Assembly (NCBI GenBank): GCA_051252135.1
Contig: JBPOGH010000007.1
Location: 1-64,000 of the forward strand
Length of the DNA stretch: 64,000 bases
Direction of reading: 5' to 3'
DNA from: Verrucomicrobiaceae bacterium
GTDB taxonomy: Bacteria; Verrucomicrobiota; Verrucomicrobiia; Verrucomicrobiales; Akkermansiaceae
Position 1 is the first letter of the stretch. Each line of letters opens with the position of its first letter. Positions 1 through 9,534 of this stretch are shown piece after piece. The notes under the pieces are model-generated. The model saw nothing but the letters and a program-made list of their open reading frames with translations, had not been told where the DNA came from and did not search any database. Both the position numbers and the translations under genes were made by a program.

Positions 1-86
1 AGAGGAGGGAGAGGAGGGAGAGGAGGGAGAGGAGGGAGAGGAGGGAGAGGAGGGAGAGGAGGGAGAGGAGGGAGAGGAGGGAGAGG
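1..86. repeat. 9-bp tandem repeat (AGAGGAGGG) x9.5, purine-only, truncated by window start
   Basis: Nine perfect copies at 1-81 plus partial AGAGG at 82-86. Confidence 0.95.
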
Positions 87-169
87 CGAGGAGGTCCCGG
101 CCCGTTGGGCCCGGGAGATCAACCCAAGCGTTTTGAATCAAGGTGGGCTTGGGGGGCCTTGGGTGGGGG

Positions 170-874
170 CTAGCCGAGGTAGAGGATGGAGCCACAGTTA
201 TCGCACTCGGCGATGGAGTCGCCTGACTTGGCGGCGATGAAGGTGGAGCTGATGACCTGGACGTGGCAGGAATCGCAGATGCGGTCGGGGCTGACTTTGG
301 CGACGGCGTTTCCTTCGCGCTTGGAGAAGAGGCGTTCGTAGTCGGCCATGAGGTCCTCGTCGACCTTGGTGGCTTCCTGTTCGCGAGCGGTCTTGGTTTC
401 GGCGAGTTCCGCTTTCCGGGATTCGGCGCGGGCCTGGAGTTCGGCGATTTCTTCGTCGACGATTTTTTGAGTCTTGGCGAGTGCTTCCTCGGCTTGGGTG
501 ATGGCGGCGCGGCACTCGTCGGATTTTTCCATGAGTTCGAGCTCCTGGGTTTCGAGCTCGTCGACCATGGCCTCGTAGCGTTCGACTTCGCTACCAAGTT
601 TGAGGTATTCGTCGTTTTTCTTGGTTTCGAATTGCTGGTTCTTGAGCTTTTCGATGGTGGTCTTGCGAGTGCCGCGGTCGAGGTCGACATTTTTGATGGC
701 GATCTCGTTTTGCTGGTAGGCGGACTTGGCGGCGGCGAGGGCGGCTTCGTCATTGGCGAGGCGTTCCCGGGCCATGTCCTGCTCCTTGGGGATGCGCTCG
801 AGCTCGTTGTTGATCGTGGAGATCTTTTGGTCGAGGTCCTGAATTTTGACAAGCTGCTGAACGTCTTCGCGCAT
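170..874 (-). CDS. Coiled-coil protein with C-terminal C4 zinc ribbon (DUF164, HP0958/CT398-like)
   Basis: Long heptad coiled coil then CDSC...CDNCGSILY; start placed at MREDVQQLV (ATG 874). Confidence 0.85.
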   Translation of the reverse strand: MREDVQQLVKIQDLDQKISTINNELERIPKEQDMARERLANDEAALAAAKSAYQQNEIAIKNVDLDRGTRKTTIEKLKNQQFETKKNDEYLKLGSEVERYEAMVDELETQELELMEKSDECRAAITQAEEALAKTQKIVDEEIAELQARAESRKAELAETKTAREQEATKVDEDLMADYERLFSKREGNAVAKVSPDRICDSCHVQVISSTFIAAKSGDSIAECDNCGSILYLG

Positions 875-941
875 GGCTGAGGAATAGCGGGAGGGGGGAG
901 GATGGGGAATCACGAAATTCGCGATTTGGCTCAGACAGCCT

Positions 942-2255
942 CTAACGCTTCTTCTTTCGTTTTTTGCCTTTGCGGCGGGGGGATTTCTTTTTGGGTGTTT
1001 TTTTGGCGGGTGACTTTTTGGGAGGAGTGGAATTGGGGGCGGGGGGAGCCTGTTTTTTCGCGGATTGGGGTGCGGGGGGGGAGGGTTTCTCCTTCGGTTG
1101 GGGGGATTTTTTGAGGAAGAGCTTCAGGAAGAGGAAGGTGAGAAGGAGGGCGAGGGCAGGGGTGAGGACGAGCCAGAGTTGGGAGGTGGAGGCGAGGATG
1201 GGAGGGAGGGGGGCGAGGAGGAGGGCGAGGGGTTTGCGGGCCTGAAGGAGGAGGGCGAGGAAGATAAGGAGGGGGATTTCGAACCAGGATGGGGGGCGTT
1301 GAAAAAGGGTGGGGTCGCGGGGGAGGCGGGAGGTGAGGTGGGTGAGGGAGGTGGGGAGTTGGCGGAGGTGGGGTGAGTTTTCAGGGGAGGTGATGACGAC
1401 GTTTTGCGGGGAGGCTTGTTTGTCGGGATCGATGAGGGTGGAGAGAGGTTCTGTTTCGCCGGGGATGGCGGTGGGGAGGGTGGTTCTGCCGGTGGCATCG
1501 ATGGGGATGACGGGGCCGTTTTTTCCGATGCGGATGTGTTTTCCTAGGACGACGGCGATATCGGCACTGGAGTGGCCGGTGAGGGAGGCGGCTCCGGAGA
1601 GTTCGATGGAGGGGAGGATTTTATCGCCCCAGCGGGCGAGGAGGGGGAGACGGATTTCGGCGGGGGTGAGCTCGGGTTGGGCGTTTTCGAGGAGGCGGAA
1701 TCCGAAGGTGCCTTGAGTGACGGAGGGTGGGGTGGAGAGGGCGTTGATGGCGGGGATTGCGGAGGGGTCGCCGAGGATGGTTTTGAGGGTGGAGGGCTCG
1801 AGGAAGAGGGGGAATTCTTCGGGGGAGGATTGGAGGCGGAGGTCGAGGCCGAGGGTGGCGCGGGGGAAGCTGGTGATCTCGTGCTCGAGAGCGCGGAGTT
1901 CGAGCTCGTCGGCTTCCGTCCATGAGAGGAGGGGGGAGAGGGTGAGGTTTCCAGCACCGTGGGTGCGGAGGGCGTTGAGGGAGAAGAGCCAGTCGGTGAC
2001 CGAAGGGGGTTCCGCGATGGTGAGGACGCGGGGGGCTTCGGTGGTGGTGGGGCTGACATCGTAGACCCGGATGCGGAAGTCTGCGAGCGGGGAGCGGTCG
2101 GCGAGGGTGTTTTCCGGCGATTGCTTTTTGGGGAACCAGAAGAGTTGGTGCTCGAGTTCGACGAGGGCGTTGATTTTTGGCAGGGCAAAGGACAGGGCCA
2201 CCCCCACGATGAGGGGGATGAGGCAGAGGATTTGTCTTTTGCGGGACGCGTTCAA
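942..2255 (-). CDS. Membrane protein with CHASE2-like periplasmic region and Lys/Pro-rich tail
   Basis: N-terminal TM, ILPSIEL...IRIG...IPIDATG segment resembling CHASE2, C-terminal TM helices, basic tail; TTG start. Confidence 0.55.
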   Translation of the reverse strand: MNASRKRQILCLIPLIVGVALSFALPKINALVELEHQLFWFPKKQSPENTLADRSPLADFRIRVYDVSPTTTEAPRVLTIAEPPSVTDWLFSLNALRTHGAGNLTLSPLLSWTEADELELRALEHEITSFPRATLGLDLRLQSSPEEFPLFLEPSTLKTILGDPSAIPAINALSTPPSVTQGTFGFRLLENAQPELTPAEIRLPLLARWGDKILPSIELSGAASLTGHSSADIAVVLGKHIRIGKNGPVIPIDATGRTTLPTAIPGETEPLSTLIDPDKQASPQNVVITSPENSPHLRQLPTSLTHLTSRLPRDPTLFQRPPSWFEIPLLIFLALLLQARKPLALLLAPLPPILASTSQLWLVLTPALALLLTFLFLKLFLKKSPQPKEKPSPPAPQSAKKQAPPAPNSTPPKKSPAKKTPKKKSPRRKGKKRKKKR

Positions 2256-2309
2256 GGAAGCGATTTATGAACGGCTTGGGGAGGCGGGGGAACCTGAAAA
2301 TTGACGCTC

Positions 2310-3248
2310 TTAGAGGTATTCGCCGAGGGAGTCCTCGAGAGGGGTGTCATCGATGACGCGCTTCAGTTGTTCGACGGCGGCAGGGAGTTGCTCAAGATAC
2401 CACTGGTTGTCCTGATTGTGGCCGAGGTTGGCAAAGGCTCCGATGGCTTGCATGAGGCGCTGGGCGGCGCAGTCCTTGAGGATGGGCTCGATGGGCATTT
2501 CCTCGGTGACGTCCTCCCAGAGCTCCAACATTTTGGCCTGCTCTTCGGGGGAGTGGTTCATGTAGGGATCGTAGAGGAGAGAGGCGAGGTCATACTCCTG
2601 GCGGCCCATGCGGAGGCCCTGGAAATCGATGACGTAGCATTCACCGTCCTTGAGGAGGAGGTTTTGCGATTGGAAATCGCGGTGGACCATGTGGGGAGAG
2701 GTGGCGCCGAGTCGTTTGCGGAGTCCGGCGAGGATGGGGTCTTCGCGGAGGGCGGAGCCATCCTTGCCGAGGTGGGTTTCGACGAAGTGCTCGATGAAGT
2801 AGTCCTGCTCCCACCGGTACATGTGTTCGTCGAATTTGGGTTGGAGGGAGAAGTCCTTGGGAGGGCGGACGTAGAGGAGTTTGTCGAGCTGTTCGAAGGC
2901 GGAGCGGTAGTAGGGCTCGCGGACCTCGTAGGGCTCGTCTTTCAGGGAGAGGAGGTCGATGTCGCCAAGGTCCTCGACGAGGGCGACCTGTCGGCGGGTG
3001 TTATCGTAGAGAACCTCGGGGATGTTGAGTCCGGCGCTGGTAAGGAACTGGGCGACGGGGAGGAAGTTGGCGTTATCGGACCGTTCGAGGGTGTAGTGTA
3101 CGCCGATGAAGGTGCCGTGATCTTCCGGTTTGATGCGGATGATGGTGCGTCCCGAAGCTCCTTTTTGGATTGGTTCCATAAGAACCTTGTGCGTGGGCTC
3201 AAGTTTCAAGTGAGCGCGGACGGCAGTGAGGAGGGTGTCGGCGGGCAT
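2310..3248 (-). CDS. APH-family phosphotransferase, AmgK-like (MurNAc/GlcNAc anomeric kinase)
   Basis: GASGRTIIR, VEDLGD, HRDFQSQNL, VIDFQG, YDLASLLYDPY motifs; adjacent nucleotidyltransferase. Confidence 0.75.
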   Translation of the reverse strand: MPADTLLTAVRAHLKLEPTHKVLMEPIQKGASGRTIIRIKPEDHGTFIGVHYTLERSDNANFLPVAQFLTSAGLNIPEVLYDNTRRQVALVEDLGDIDLLSLKDEPYEVREPYYRSAFEQLDKLLYVRPPKDFSLQPKFDEHMYRWEQDYFIEHFVETHLGKDGSALREDPILAGLRKRLGATSPHMVHRDFQSQNLLLKDGECYVIDFQGLRMGRQEYDLASLLYDPYMNHSPEEQAKMLELWEDVTEEMPIEPILKDCAAQRLMQAIGAFANLGHNQDNQWYLEQLPAAVEQLKRVIDDTPLEDSLGEYL

Positions 3249-3266
3249 GGCGGAAGGAAGTTTGGA

Positions 3267-4157
3267 CTAGAGGTCGGCGTTGTGATGGGTGCCGGTTGGG
3301 GACGAATTGCTGTGGACGATGCACTTTGTCAATTCCGCATCCGGGGAAACCGAGGTGCCGGCCCAGAGGATGGAGTCGGTGATTTGGGCTCCAGCGCCGA
3401 CCTGACAGTGGTCACCGATCCAGGAATTGGTGATTTGGGCGGTGGGATCGACCTTTGCGGAAGGCGAGATTTCGCCCGGATTTTGGAAGCTGGCGTCGAG
3501 GTAGGCGTCGCGGGTGCCGAGATCGAGCCACTGGCATTCCTTGACGTGGTAGGCGCCGAGCTCGCCGGACTTGATGAGTTCGAGAAAGGCGGGGATGACG
3601 GAGATTTTCTCGTTGGGAGGGATGAGGTCGAGGATTTCGGGGTCGATGCAGTAGACGCCGGTGAATTGGTGGGTGCCGGGGATGCCGCTGACCATTTCGC
3701 GGATGTCGACGACCTTGTATCCGTCGATGGCGAGGTGCTTGGCCGGGCCTTCGGCTTTCACGGCGAGGGTGGCGGTGTTGTTGCTGCTGAAGTGTCCGGT
3801 GATGAGCCGGTCGAGGGGGAGATCGGTGAGGATGTCGCCATTGTAGACGAGGATGGGGTCGCGGCCGATCCAGTCGGCGATGTTTTTGATGCCGCCTCCG
3901 GTCTCGAGGAGGACCTCCTCGTGGAAGAAGGTGAGTTTGGCGTTCCGGTAGCGGCCATCGGGGAAGGCGGTGTGCCAGGCTTCGGGGAGATGGTGGGTAT
4001 TGATGGCGATTTCGGTGAGATCGGCGGCGATGAGGCGATCGAGGATATGGGTAACGAGGGGCCGGTTCTCCAAGGGGATGAGCGGTTTGGGGAGGGAGTT
4101 GGTGAGGGGCTGGAGGCGGGTGCCGAGTCCGGCGCCGAGGAGGAAAGCCTTGTGCAT
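3267..4157 (-). CDS. Sugar-phosphate nucleotidyltransferase (MurU/Gcd1-like) with C-terminal left-handed beta-helix
   Basis: AFLLGAGLGTRLQPLT..LPKPL, LETGGGI, YNGDI, WLDLGT; hexapeptide repeats; start at MHKAF. Confidence 0.85.
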   Translation of the reverse strand: MHKAFLLGAGLGTRLQPLTNSLPKPLIPLENRPLVTHILDRLIAADLTEIAINTHHLPEAWHTAFPDGRYRNAKLTFFHEEVLLETGGGIKNIADWIGRDPILVYNGDILTDLPLDRLITGHFSSNNTATLAVKAEGPAKHLAIDGYKVVDIREMVSGIPGTHQFTGVYCIDPEILDLIPPNEKISVIPAFLELIKSGELGAYHVKECQWLDLGTRDAYLDASFQNPGEISPSAKVDPTAQITNSWIGDHCQVGAGAQITDSILWAGTSVSPDAELTKCIVHSNSSPTGTHHNADL

Positions 4158-4244
4158 GGGCCAAGAGGTAGCACAGGAGGGGCGATTTGGAAGTCGGGGC
4201 GGGAAGAATTGCAAGAATGGAGGTGTTTCGACATTACCAAGGGC

Positions 4245-7232
4245 ATGCGCTCTGCGATTAGTTTGTCACTTGCCCTGTCACTGCCGGTTTTTGCTCTGCC
4301 TGAAGGATATGAATTGTCGAATTGGGCGGAGCCTTTTGAAGTGGAGTATCCTACGGCGATCACGGCGGCGGCGGATGGGACGGTCTATGTGTCTTGTGAC
4401 CGGAACGGTTCGTTGGGTAAGGACAAGGGCGTGGGGAAAGTGGTGGCCTGTCGTGACACGGATGGAGACGGGAAGGCGGATTCGTTTGTGGATTTTGTGC
4501 CCAAGATTGACAGTCCCCGGGGCGGGCACTTTGTGAGGGATACGCTGTATTTGATTCACCCGCCGTTTTTGAGTGCCTTTCGGGACACGACGGGCGACGG
4601 GGTGGCGGACGAGCACAAGGTGTTGCTGGAGAATATCGGGGCGGGCCTGAACCATCCCCGGGGGGCGGATCACACGACAAATGGCTGCCGGATGGGGATT
4701 GACGGCTGGATTTACATTGCGGTGGGGGATTTTGGGATGGAGGCGACGAAAGGGACCGATGGTCGGGTGGTGACGCTGCACGGGGGTGGGGTGGCGCGGG
4801 TGAGGCCGGATGGGACGGAGCTGGAGGTTTTTTCTTATCACACGCGGAATATCTGCGATGTGGCGATCAGTCCGCGGCTGGACATTTTTAGTCGTGATAA
4901 CACGAATGACGGCAAGGGATGGAATATCCGGGTTCATCATCACACGAGCGGGGTGGATCACGGGTATCCGAGGCTCTATAAGAATTTTACGGATGAGGCG
5001 GTTTTGCCATTGCTTGATGCGGGTGGTGGAAGTGGCACGGGTGCGCTTTACCTGGCGGAGCCGGGGCATGAGGAAATGTTGCTGACCTGTGACTGGACGA
5101 CGGGAAAAATTTACCACGATGTGCTGACTCCGAGCGGGGCGAGTTTTACGATGGAAGAGAAGGTGTTTCTCGATCTGCCGCGTGCGGTGGATATCGATGT
5201 GGACGGGGAGTCGAATCTCTACGTGTGCGATTGGCGGGACGGGCGGTTTAAATATGCCGGTGAGGGGGTGAAAGTGGGGATGGTGCAGAAGCTGACGAAG
5301 AAGGGGCTGGAGGTGGAGAAGTTTCCTGATTTGGGGAAGATGAGTGCGGGTGACTTGGTGGGGCAACTTTCGCATGCTTCGGCGGTACGGCGACTGGAGG
5401 CGCAGCGTGAGATTTTGGCGCGGGGTGGTGCGGAGTTTGGGGAATTGTTGTTTGCCGCTCCGGCAGGGGAAGGGTCGATGGAGTCCAAGGTGGCGATCTT
5501 GTTCACCTTGCGTCAGTTGGGGCTGAAAGCGTGGGATGAGCGATTGGTAAGTGAGGAGAGTCCGTGGTCGGATTTGACCGAGCTTCAGGATGTTTTTGTG
5601 CGGGCCGCGGCGGACGTAAAGAGCCGGATGCTTCCGTTGAGCGTGGAGCAGCTTTTGGTGGCTCTGCAATCCGACTCACCGCAGTGCCAGCTTCAGGCCC
5701 TGATCTCGATGATGCGGATGGGCGAGAAGGCGAAGGGTGGGTCACAGGGGGTGTTGAATCTTGCGGCGAAGTCGGGCGATCTTCGGATCAAGCACACGGC
5801 GATGCAGGCGTTGGTTGCGATGGGGGAAGTGGATGTTTTGCTGTCTGCGAGTGACCACCCAACGGCGTTGCTGGCGTTGGCCCGGATTCATGATCCGGCG
5901 GTGGTGTCTTCGTTGATTGCGCAGCTGGGGACGGTTGAGGAGAAGTTGCCACTCATTGGGGTGCTCTCGCGTCTTTATCACAAGGAAGGTGAGTGGGATT
6001 TGAAGGCCTGGTGGGGGACGCGTCCGGATGACCGGGGGCCGTATTTTTATCCGACGGTGTGGGAGGAGACTCCTTCGATTAAGAATGCGCTGGAGGTGGT
6101 CTATCCGAAGTTGACCCTGGAGGAGAAGAAGGTGGCGCTGGAGTATTTTTCGAAGAACCGAATTGCGCTTACGGAGCTTGATTTGGGGGAGCAGGATCCG
6201 TTTACCTTTGCGTTGATGTCGCCGGATGCCGACAAGGCACAGGTTGCGGTGCTGGCAGCGGCGGCGCGGGATCCGAAGCGTGAGTGGAAGGTGCGGTTGG
6301 AAGCGTATCGGGCGACGGTCAGATCGACCCTGCCCGAGGCTCTGCGTGAGCAGGTGCTCATCCTGGGCAAATGGTTGACGGAACAAGGGGAGACTCCCGA
6401 GGTTTTGAGGGAAGTGCGGGATTTTGTGAATCTGTCCTCCCACCAGCTCCGGGTGAAGGATTTGCGAACGATTGCGAAGAAGGAAGATGCGCAAACGTCT
6501 CGGGTGGCGTGGCGGGCATTGTTGACGCTGACCCAGAGTCCCCTGGTGAAGAAGTCGCTGGCTGATCGGGCGATGAAAGAGGCGGAAAAGAATCCGAGGG
6601 AGGAGGGCTTTTTCCATGCGCTTGCGGATATGAGATTGGGGGGATTTGACAAGCAGATCGAGAACGCGATTGAGAGTGATAACGATACGTTGATCGAGGC
6701 GGCGGAGCATGCGAAGAACGTGATCGCGGAGGCGAAGGCGAGTGGGGGCAAGTTGGTGGCGGAGCTTCCGGCGGATGAGGTGATGAAGCTGGCAATGGTG
6801 AAGAAAGGTGACCCGAAGAATGGCGAGGAACTTTACAATCGTCAGGGTTGCATTGCCTGTCATGCGGTTGATCAGGAGGCGGTGCAGAAGGGGCCGTATC
6901 TTGGGTCGGCGGGAAGTAAGTTTACGCGGGATTATTTGATCGAATCGATTCTGGATCCGAACGCGGTGGTGGCCCAGGGATTTCAGACCGAGTTGGTGAC
7001 CTTGAAGGATGGCAGCGTGCAGATGGGCTTTGTGACGGCGGAGGCGGATGGGGTGATTGAGTTGCGCAACATTGCGGGGCAGGTGACCTTGGTGAAAGAG
7101 GCTGATGTTCGTAAGCGTGATCACCAGTCGACCTCGATGATGCCTCCGGGGCTTGGTGGCGGGTTGACGGTGGGGCAATTTGTGGACCTGATCGACTACC
7201 TTGGGAGCATGCGGGAAGGTGCCGGAAAATGA
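4245..7232 (+). CDS. PVC-type heme-binding protein: signal peptide, dehydrogenase-like beta-propeller, HEAT repeats, cytochrome c
   Basis: Signal peptide MRSAISLSLALSLPVFA; DTDGDGKAD, DGWIYIAVGD propeller motifs; GCIACH and GPYL...LIESILDP. The track ORF from 2301 is an antisense-shadow extension. Confidence 0.85.
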   Translation: MRSAISLSLALSLPVFALPEGYELSNWAEPFEVEYPTAITAAADGTVYVSCDRNGSLGKDKGVGKVVACRDTDGDGKADSFVDFVPKIDSPRGGHFVRDTLYLIHPPFLSAFRDTTGDGVADEHKVLLENIGAGLNHPRGADHTTNGCRMGIDGWIYIAVGDFGMEATKGTDGRVVTLHGGGVARVRPDGTELEVFSYHTRNICDVAISPRLDIFSRDNTNDGKGWNIRVHHHTSGVDHGYPRLYKNFTDEAVLPLLDAGGGSGTGALYLAEPGHEEMLLTCDWTTGKIYHDVLTPSGASFTMEEKVFLDLPRAVDIDVDGESNLYVCDWRDGRFKYAGEGVKVGMVQKLTKKGLEVEKFPDLGKMSAGDLVGQLSHASAVRRLEAQREILARGGAEFGELLFAAPAGEGSMESKVAILFTLRQLGLKAWDERLVSEESPWSDLTELQDVFVRAAADVKSRMLPLSVEQLLVALQSDSPQCQLQALISMMRMGEKAKGGSQGVLNLAAKSGDLRIKHTAMQALVAMGEVDVLLSASDHPTALLALARIHDPAVVSSLIAQLGTVEEKLPLIGVLSRLYHKEGEWDLKAWWGTRPDDRGPYFYPTVWEETPSIKNALEVVYPKLTLEEKKVALEYFSKNRIALTELDLGEQDPFTFALMSPDADKAQVAVLAAAARDPKREWKVRLEAYRATVRSTLPEALREQVLILGKWLTEQGETPEVLREVRDFVNLSSHQLRVKDLRTIAKKEDAQTSRVAWRALLTLTQSPLVKKSLADRAMKEAEKNPREEGFFHALADMRLGGFDKQIENAIESDNDTLIEAAEHAKNVIAEAKASGGKLVAELPADEVMKLAMVKKGDPKNGEELYNRQGCIACHAVDQEAVQKGPYLGSAGSKFTRDYLIESILDPNAVVAQGFQTELVTLKDGSVQMGFVTAEADGVIELRNIAGQVTLVKEADVRKRDHQSTSMMPPGLGGGLTVGQFVDLIDYLGSMREGAGK

Positions 7233-7271
7233 CTCTTGCGTTGGGCGAAAGCAGAGGGATAGTGCCGCAAG

Positions 7272-8870
7272 ATGTCCGACGATGATACCAAAGGCCCGAA
7301 GGGGCCCAATCCTGAAGAACTGCGCAAATCTCTCGAAGGAATCTTCGGGAAGATGACCAAGGACGGCTTTTCCTTTCCGGGAATGGGGCCGATGGGTTTT
7401 CATGATGAGGAGGAAGCGGACGTGGAGGATGTGGTGGAAGATCGGGCCGGAATTTTTGAATTCGATTATCTGCCGCGTGATATCAAGGCGCACCTGGATC
7501 GCTTTGTGATTCGTCAGGATGATGCGAAGAAAGCTTTGGCGATTGCGGTGTGCGATCACTACAACCATGTGAAATCGCTGAAGGCACAGGATGAGGATGC
7601 GCAGCCCATTGAGCTGCAGAAGCAGAACGTGATGGTGGTGGGGCCGACGGGGGTGGGGAAAACCTATCTGGTGAAGCATATTGCGGATCTGATCGGGGTG
7701 CCTTTTGTGAAGGCGGATGCGACGAAGTTTTCCGAGACCGGATACGTGGGTGGGGATGTGGATGATCTGGTGCGTGAGTTGGTGGCAAAGGCTGACGGCG
7801 ATGTGTCGTTGGCGGAGTATGGAATCATTTACATCGACGAGATCGACAAGCTGGCTTCGACCGGTGGCATGATGGGGCGTGATGTGAGTGGGCGCGGGGT
7901 GCAGACGACGCTGCTGAAGCTGATGGAGGAGACGGAGGTGGCTCTGCGCAACCAAAACGACATGCGTGGCCAGATGATGGCGATGATGGAGATGCAGAAG
8001 GGGAAGAAGTCGAAGGATACGATTAATACGCGGCACATTTTGTTCATTGTGAGCGGTGCGTTTTCGGGGCTGGAGAAGATCGTGCGGAAGCGGAGTGCGT
8101 CATCGCAGATTGGATTTTCGGTGGAATCGAAAGCACCGGAGATGGACAGCGAGTTGTTCAAGCATGTGACGACGCAGGACTACATCGACTTTGGCTTTGA
8201 GGCTGAATTTATCGGCCGGATTCCGGTGCGGGTGGTGTGCGAGCACCTTGAGGCACCTGATTTGGAAGCGATTTTGAAGTATTCTGAGGGGAGTTTATTG
8301 CGTCAGTATGAGCGGGAGTTTGAGGCGTATGGGATTGATGTGATCTTTAAAGATGACGGAATCAAACGGATGGCGGAGATGGCGGCCGATGAGAGGACGG
8401 GGGCACGGGGATTGATGACGGTGGGCGAGCGGATTCTGAGGGAGTTTAAATACGAACTGCCCGGGACATCGGTGAGCGAGTTGGTGGTGGATGGCGATTT
8501 GATCGACAATCGCGAGACGCACTTGGCGAAATTTCGGGAGCTGGGACAGGAGTTGGTGGTGGAGAAGGCGCGTCAGGAAGTGGAGGCCTTTGTGCGGGAG
8601 TTTAAGGATAAGCACAATGTGGTGGTTTCCTTTGAGGATGACGCGGTGGCCCTGATTGTGGAGAAGGCAGGAGCGCAGGCGCGCAGTGTGTTGCAGGTGG
8701 CGCGGCAGCTGTTCCGGGATTACCAATTTGGTCTGAAGTTGATTCAGAAGAATACAGGACAGAAGGAATTTTTACTTCCGGCATCAGCCGTGACCGATCC
8801 TGACAGTTACCTGAGTGATATGGTGGTGCAGTCCTACAAGGATCAGGAGGCGGGGAAGAGTGAGGCTTAG
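7272..8870 (+). CDS. ClpX-like AAA+ ATPase lacking N-terminal Zn finger, with C-terminal extension
   Basis: GPTGVGKT, ADATKFSETGYVG, IYIDEIDK, RDVSGRGVQ, IGF loop, TGARGL. Confidence 0.85.
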   Translation: MSDDDTKGPKGPNPEELRKSLEGIFGKMTKDGFSFPGMGPMGFHDEEEADVEDVVEDRAGIFEFDYLPRDIKAHLDRFVIRQDDAKKALAIAVCDHYNHVKSLKAQDEDAQPIELQKQNVMVVGPTGVGKTYLVKHIADLIGVPFVKADATKFSETGYVGGDVDDLVRELVAKADGDVSLAEYGIIYIDEIDKLASTGGMMGRDVSGRGVQTTLLKLMEETEVALRNQNDMRGQMMAMMEMQKGKKSKDTINTRHILFIVSGAFSGLEKIVRKRSASSQIGFSVESKAPEMDSELFKHVTTQDYIDFGFEAEFIGRIPVRVVCEHLEAPDLEAILKYSEGSLLRQYEREFEAYGIDVIFKDDGIKRMAEMAADERTGARGLMTVGERILREFKYELPGTSVSELVVDGDLIDNRETHLAKFRELGQELVVEKARQEVEAFVREFKDKHNVVVSFEDDAVALIVEKAGAQARSVLQVARQLFRDYQFGLKLIQKNTGQKEFLLPASAVTDPDSYLSDMVVQSYKDQEAGKSEA

Positions 8871-9024
8871 AGGCCGTGTGGACAAATTGCTTCACGCTGC
8901 GACCAGCGGGGAAAATGAGCTCTCATCGCAACGTAAATCAATTTGTCGACACGACCCAGGAAATGAGATTGAGACAGGAGCGGGCATCCGTTACGCTTCT
9001 GTCACGAGGTCTGACCTCGACACC

Positions 9025-9534
9025 ATGTCATCCCATCATCGTCAACCTGCGGGCCGTGTTACGTTTCCGCTGTATGTCTTTAGCTTTGTGGCGCTCATCT
9101 TGGGCGTTTCGGCTGAAGCGATGGGTGTTTTTAGCGGATTAAACGAATCGTTGAAGGGGGGGCTTGAGAGCGGCGGGATGATACTGGATAGGGAAGCGGG
9201 AATCATGGGAGCATGGGGATTTATTGGAGCGGCGGCGGTGATCTTTGGGCTGACCGGGGCGGTGCTTGCGACTCCGGGAACCGGGCGGAGGCTTGTGTTG
9301 GGAGTGACGGCGCTGGTGCTGGCAGCGGCATTGATTCCGGTGTTTGCGGTGTGGGGTGTTTTCTGGAAACCGTTCGGTCTGCTTTTGGGTCTGCTGTGGG
9401 GATGGCTTTCGGCATTTTTGTATGCGCGGGTGCACCGGATGCCGGCCGAGGGAGAGCTTATGAATCCCGCCAATGTCATTTCGATGAACGATTCGCAGTC
9501 AACTCCTCCCACCTCCCGTCGCGCCGATGGCTAG
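9025..9534 (+). CDS. Hypothetical integral membrane protein (about 4 TM)
   Basis: Hydrophobic helices; stop overlaps recR start; start placed at ATG 9025. Confidence 0.65.
   Translation: MSSHHRQPAGRVTFPLYVFSFVALILGVSAEAMGVFSGLNESLKGGLESGGMILDREAGIMGAWGFIGAAAVIFGLTGAVLATPGTGRRLVLGVTALVLAAALIPVFAVWGVFWKPFGLLLGLLWGWLSAFLYARVHRMPAEGELMNPANVISMNDSQSTPPTSRRADG

Noticed and set aside
2301..4244. N-terminal 648 codons of the 1643-aa + strand ORF
   Set aside because: Antisense shadow of the kinase and nucleotidyltransferase genes; the real protein starts with a signal peptide at 4245.
5742..8036. 764-aa minus-strand ORF, and similar long His/Arg/Pro- or Gly/Glu-rich ORFs (42511-43965, 60227-61801, 61925-63700)
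   Set aside because: They lie opposite well-supported genes, show no motifs and are explained by codon bias.
8880..9024. Possible SRP RNA near recR
   Set aside because: No SRP helix-8 motif (CAGG...GGAA...AGCAG) found.
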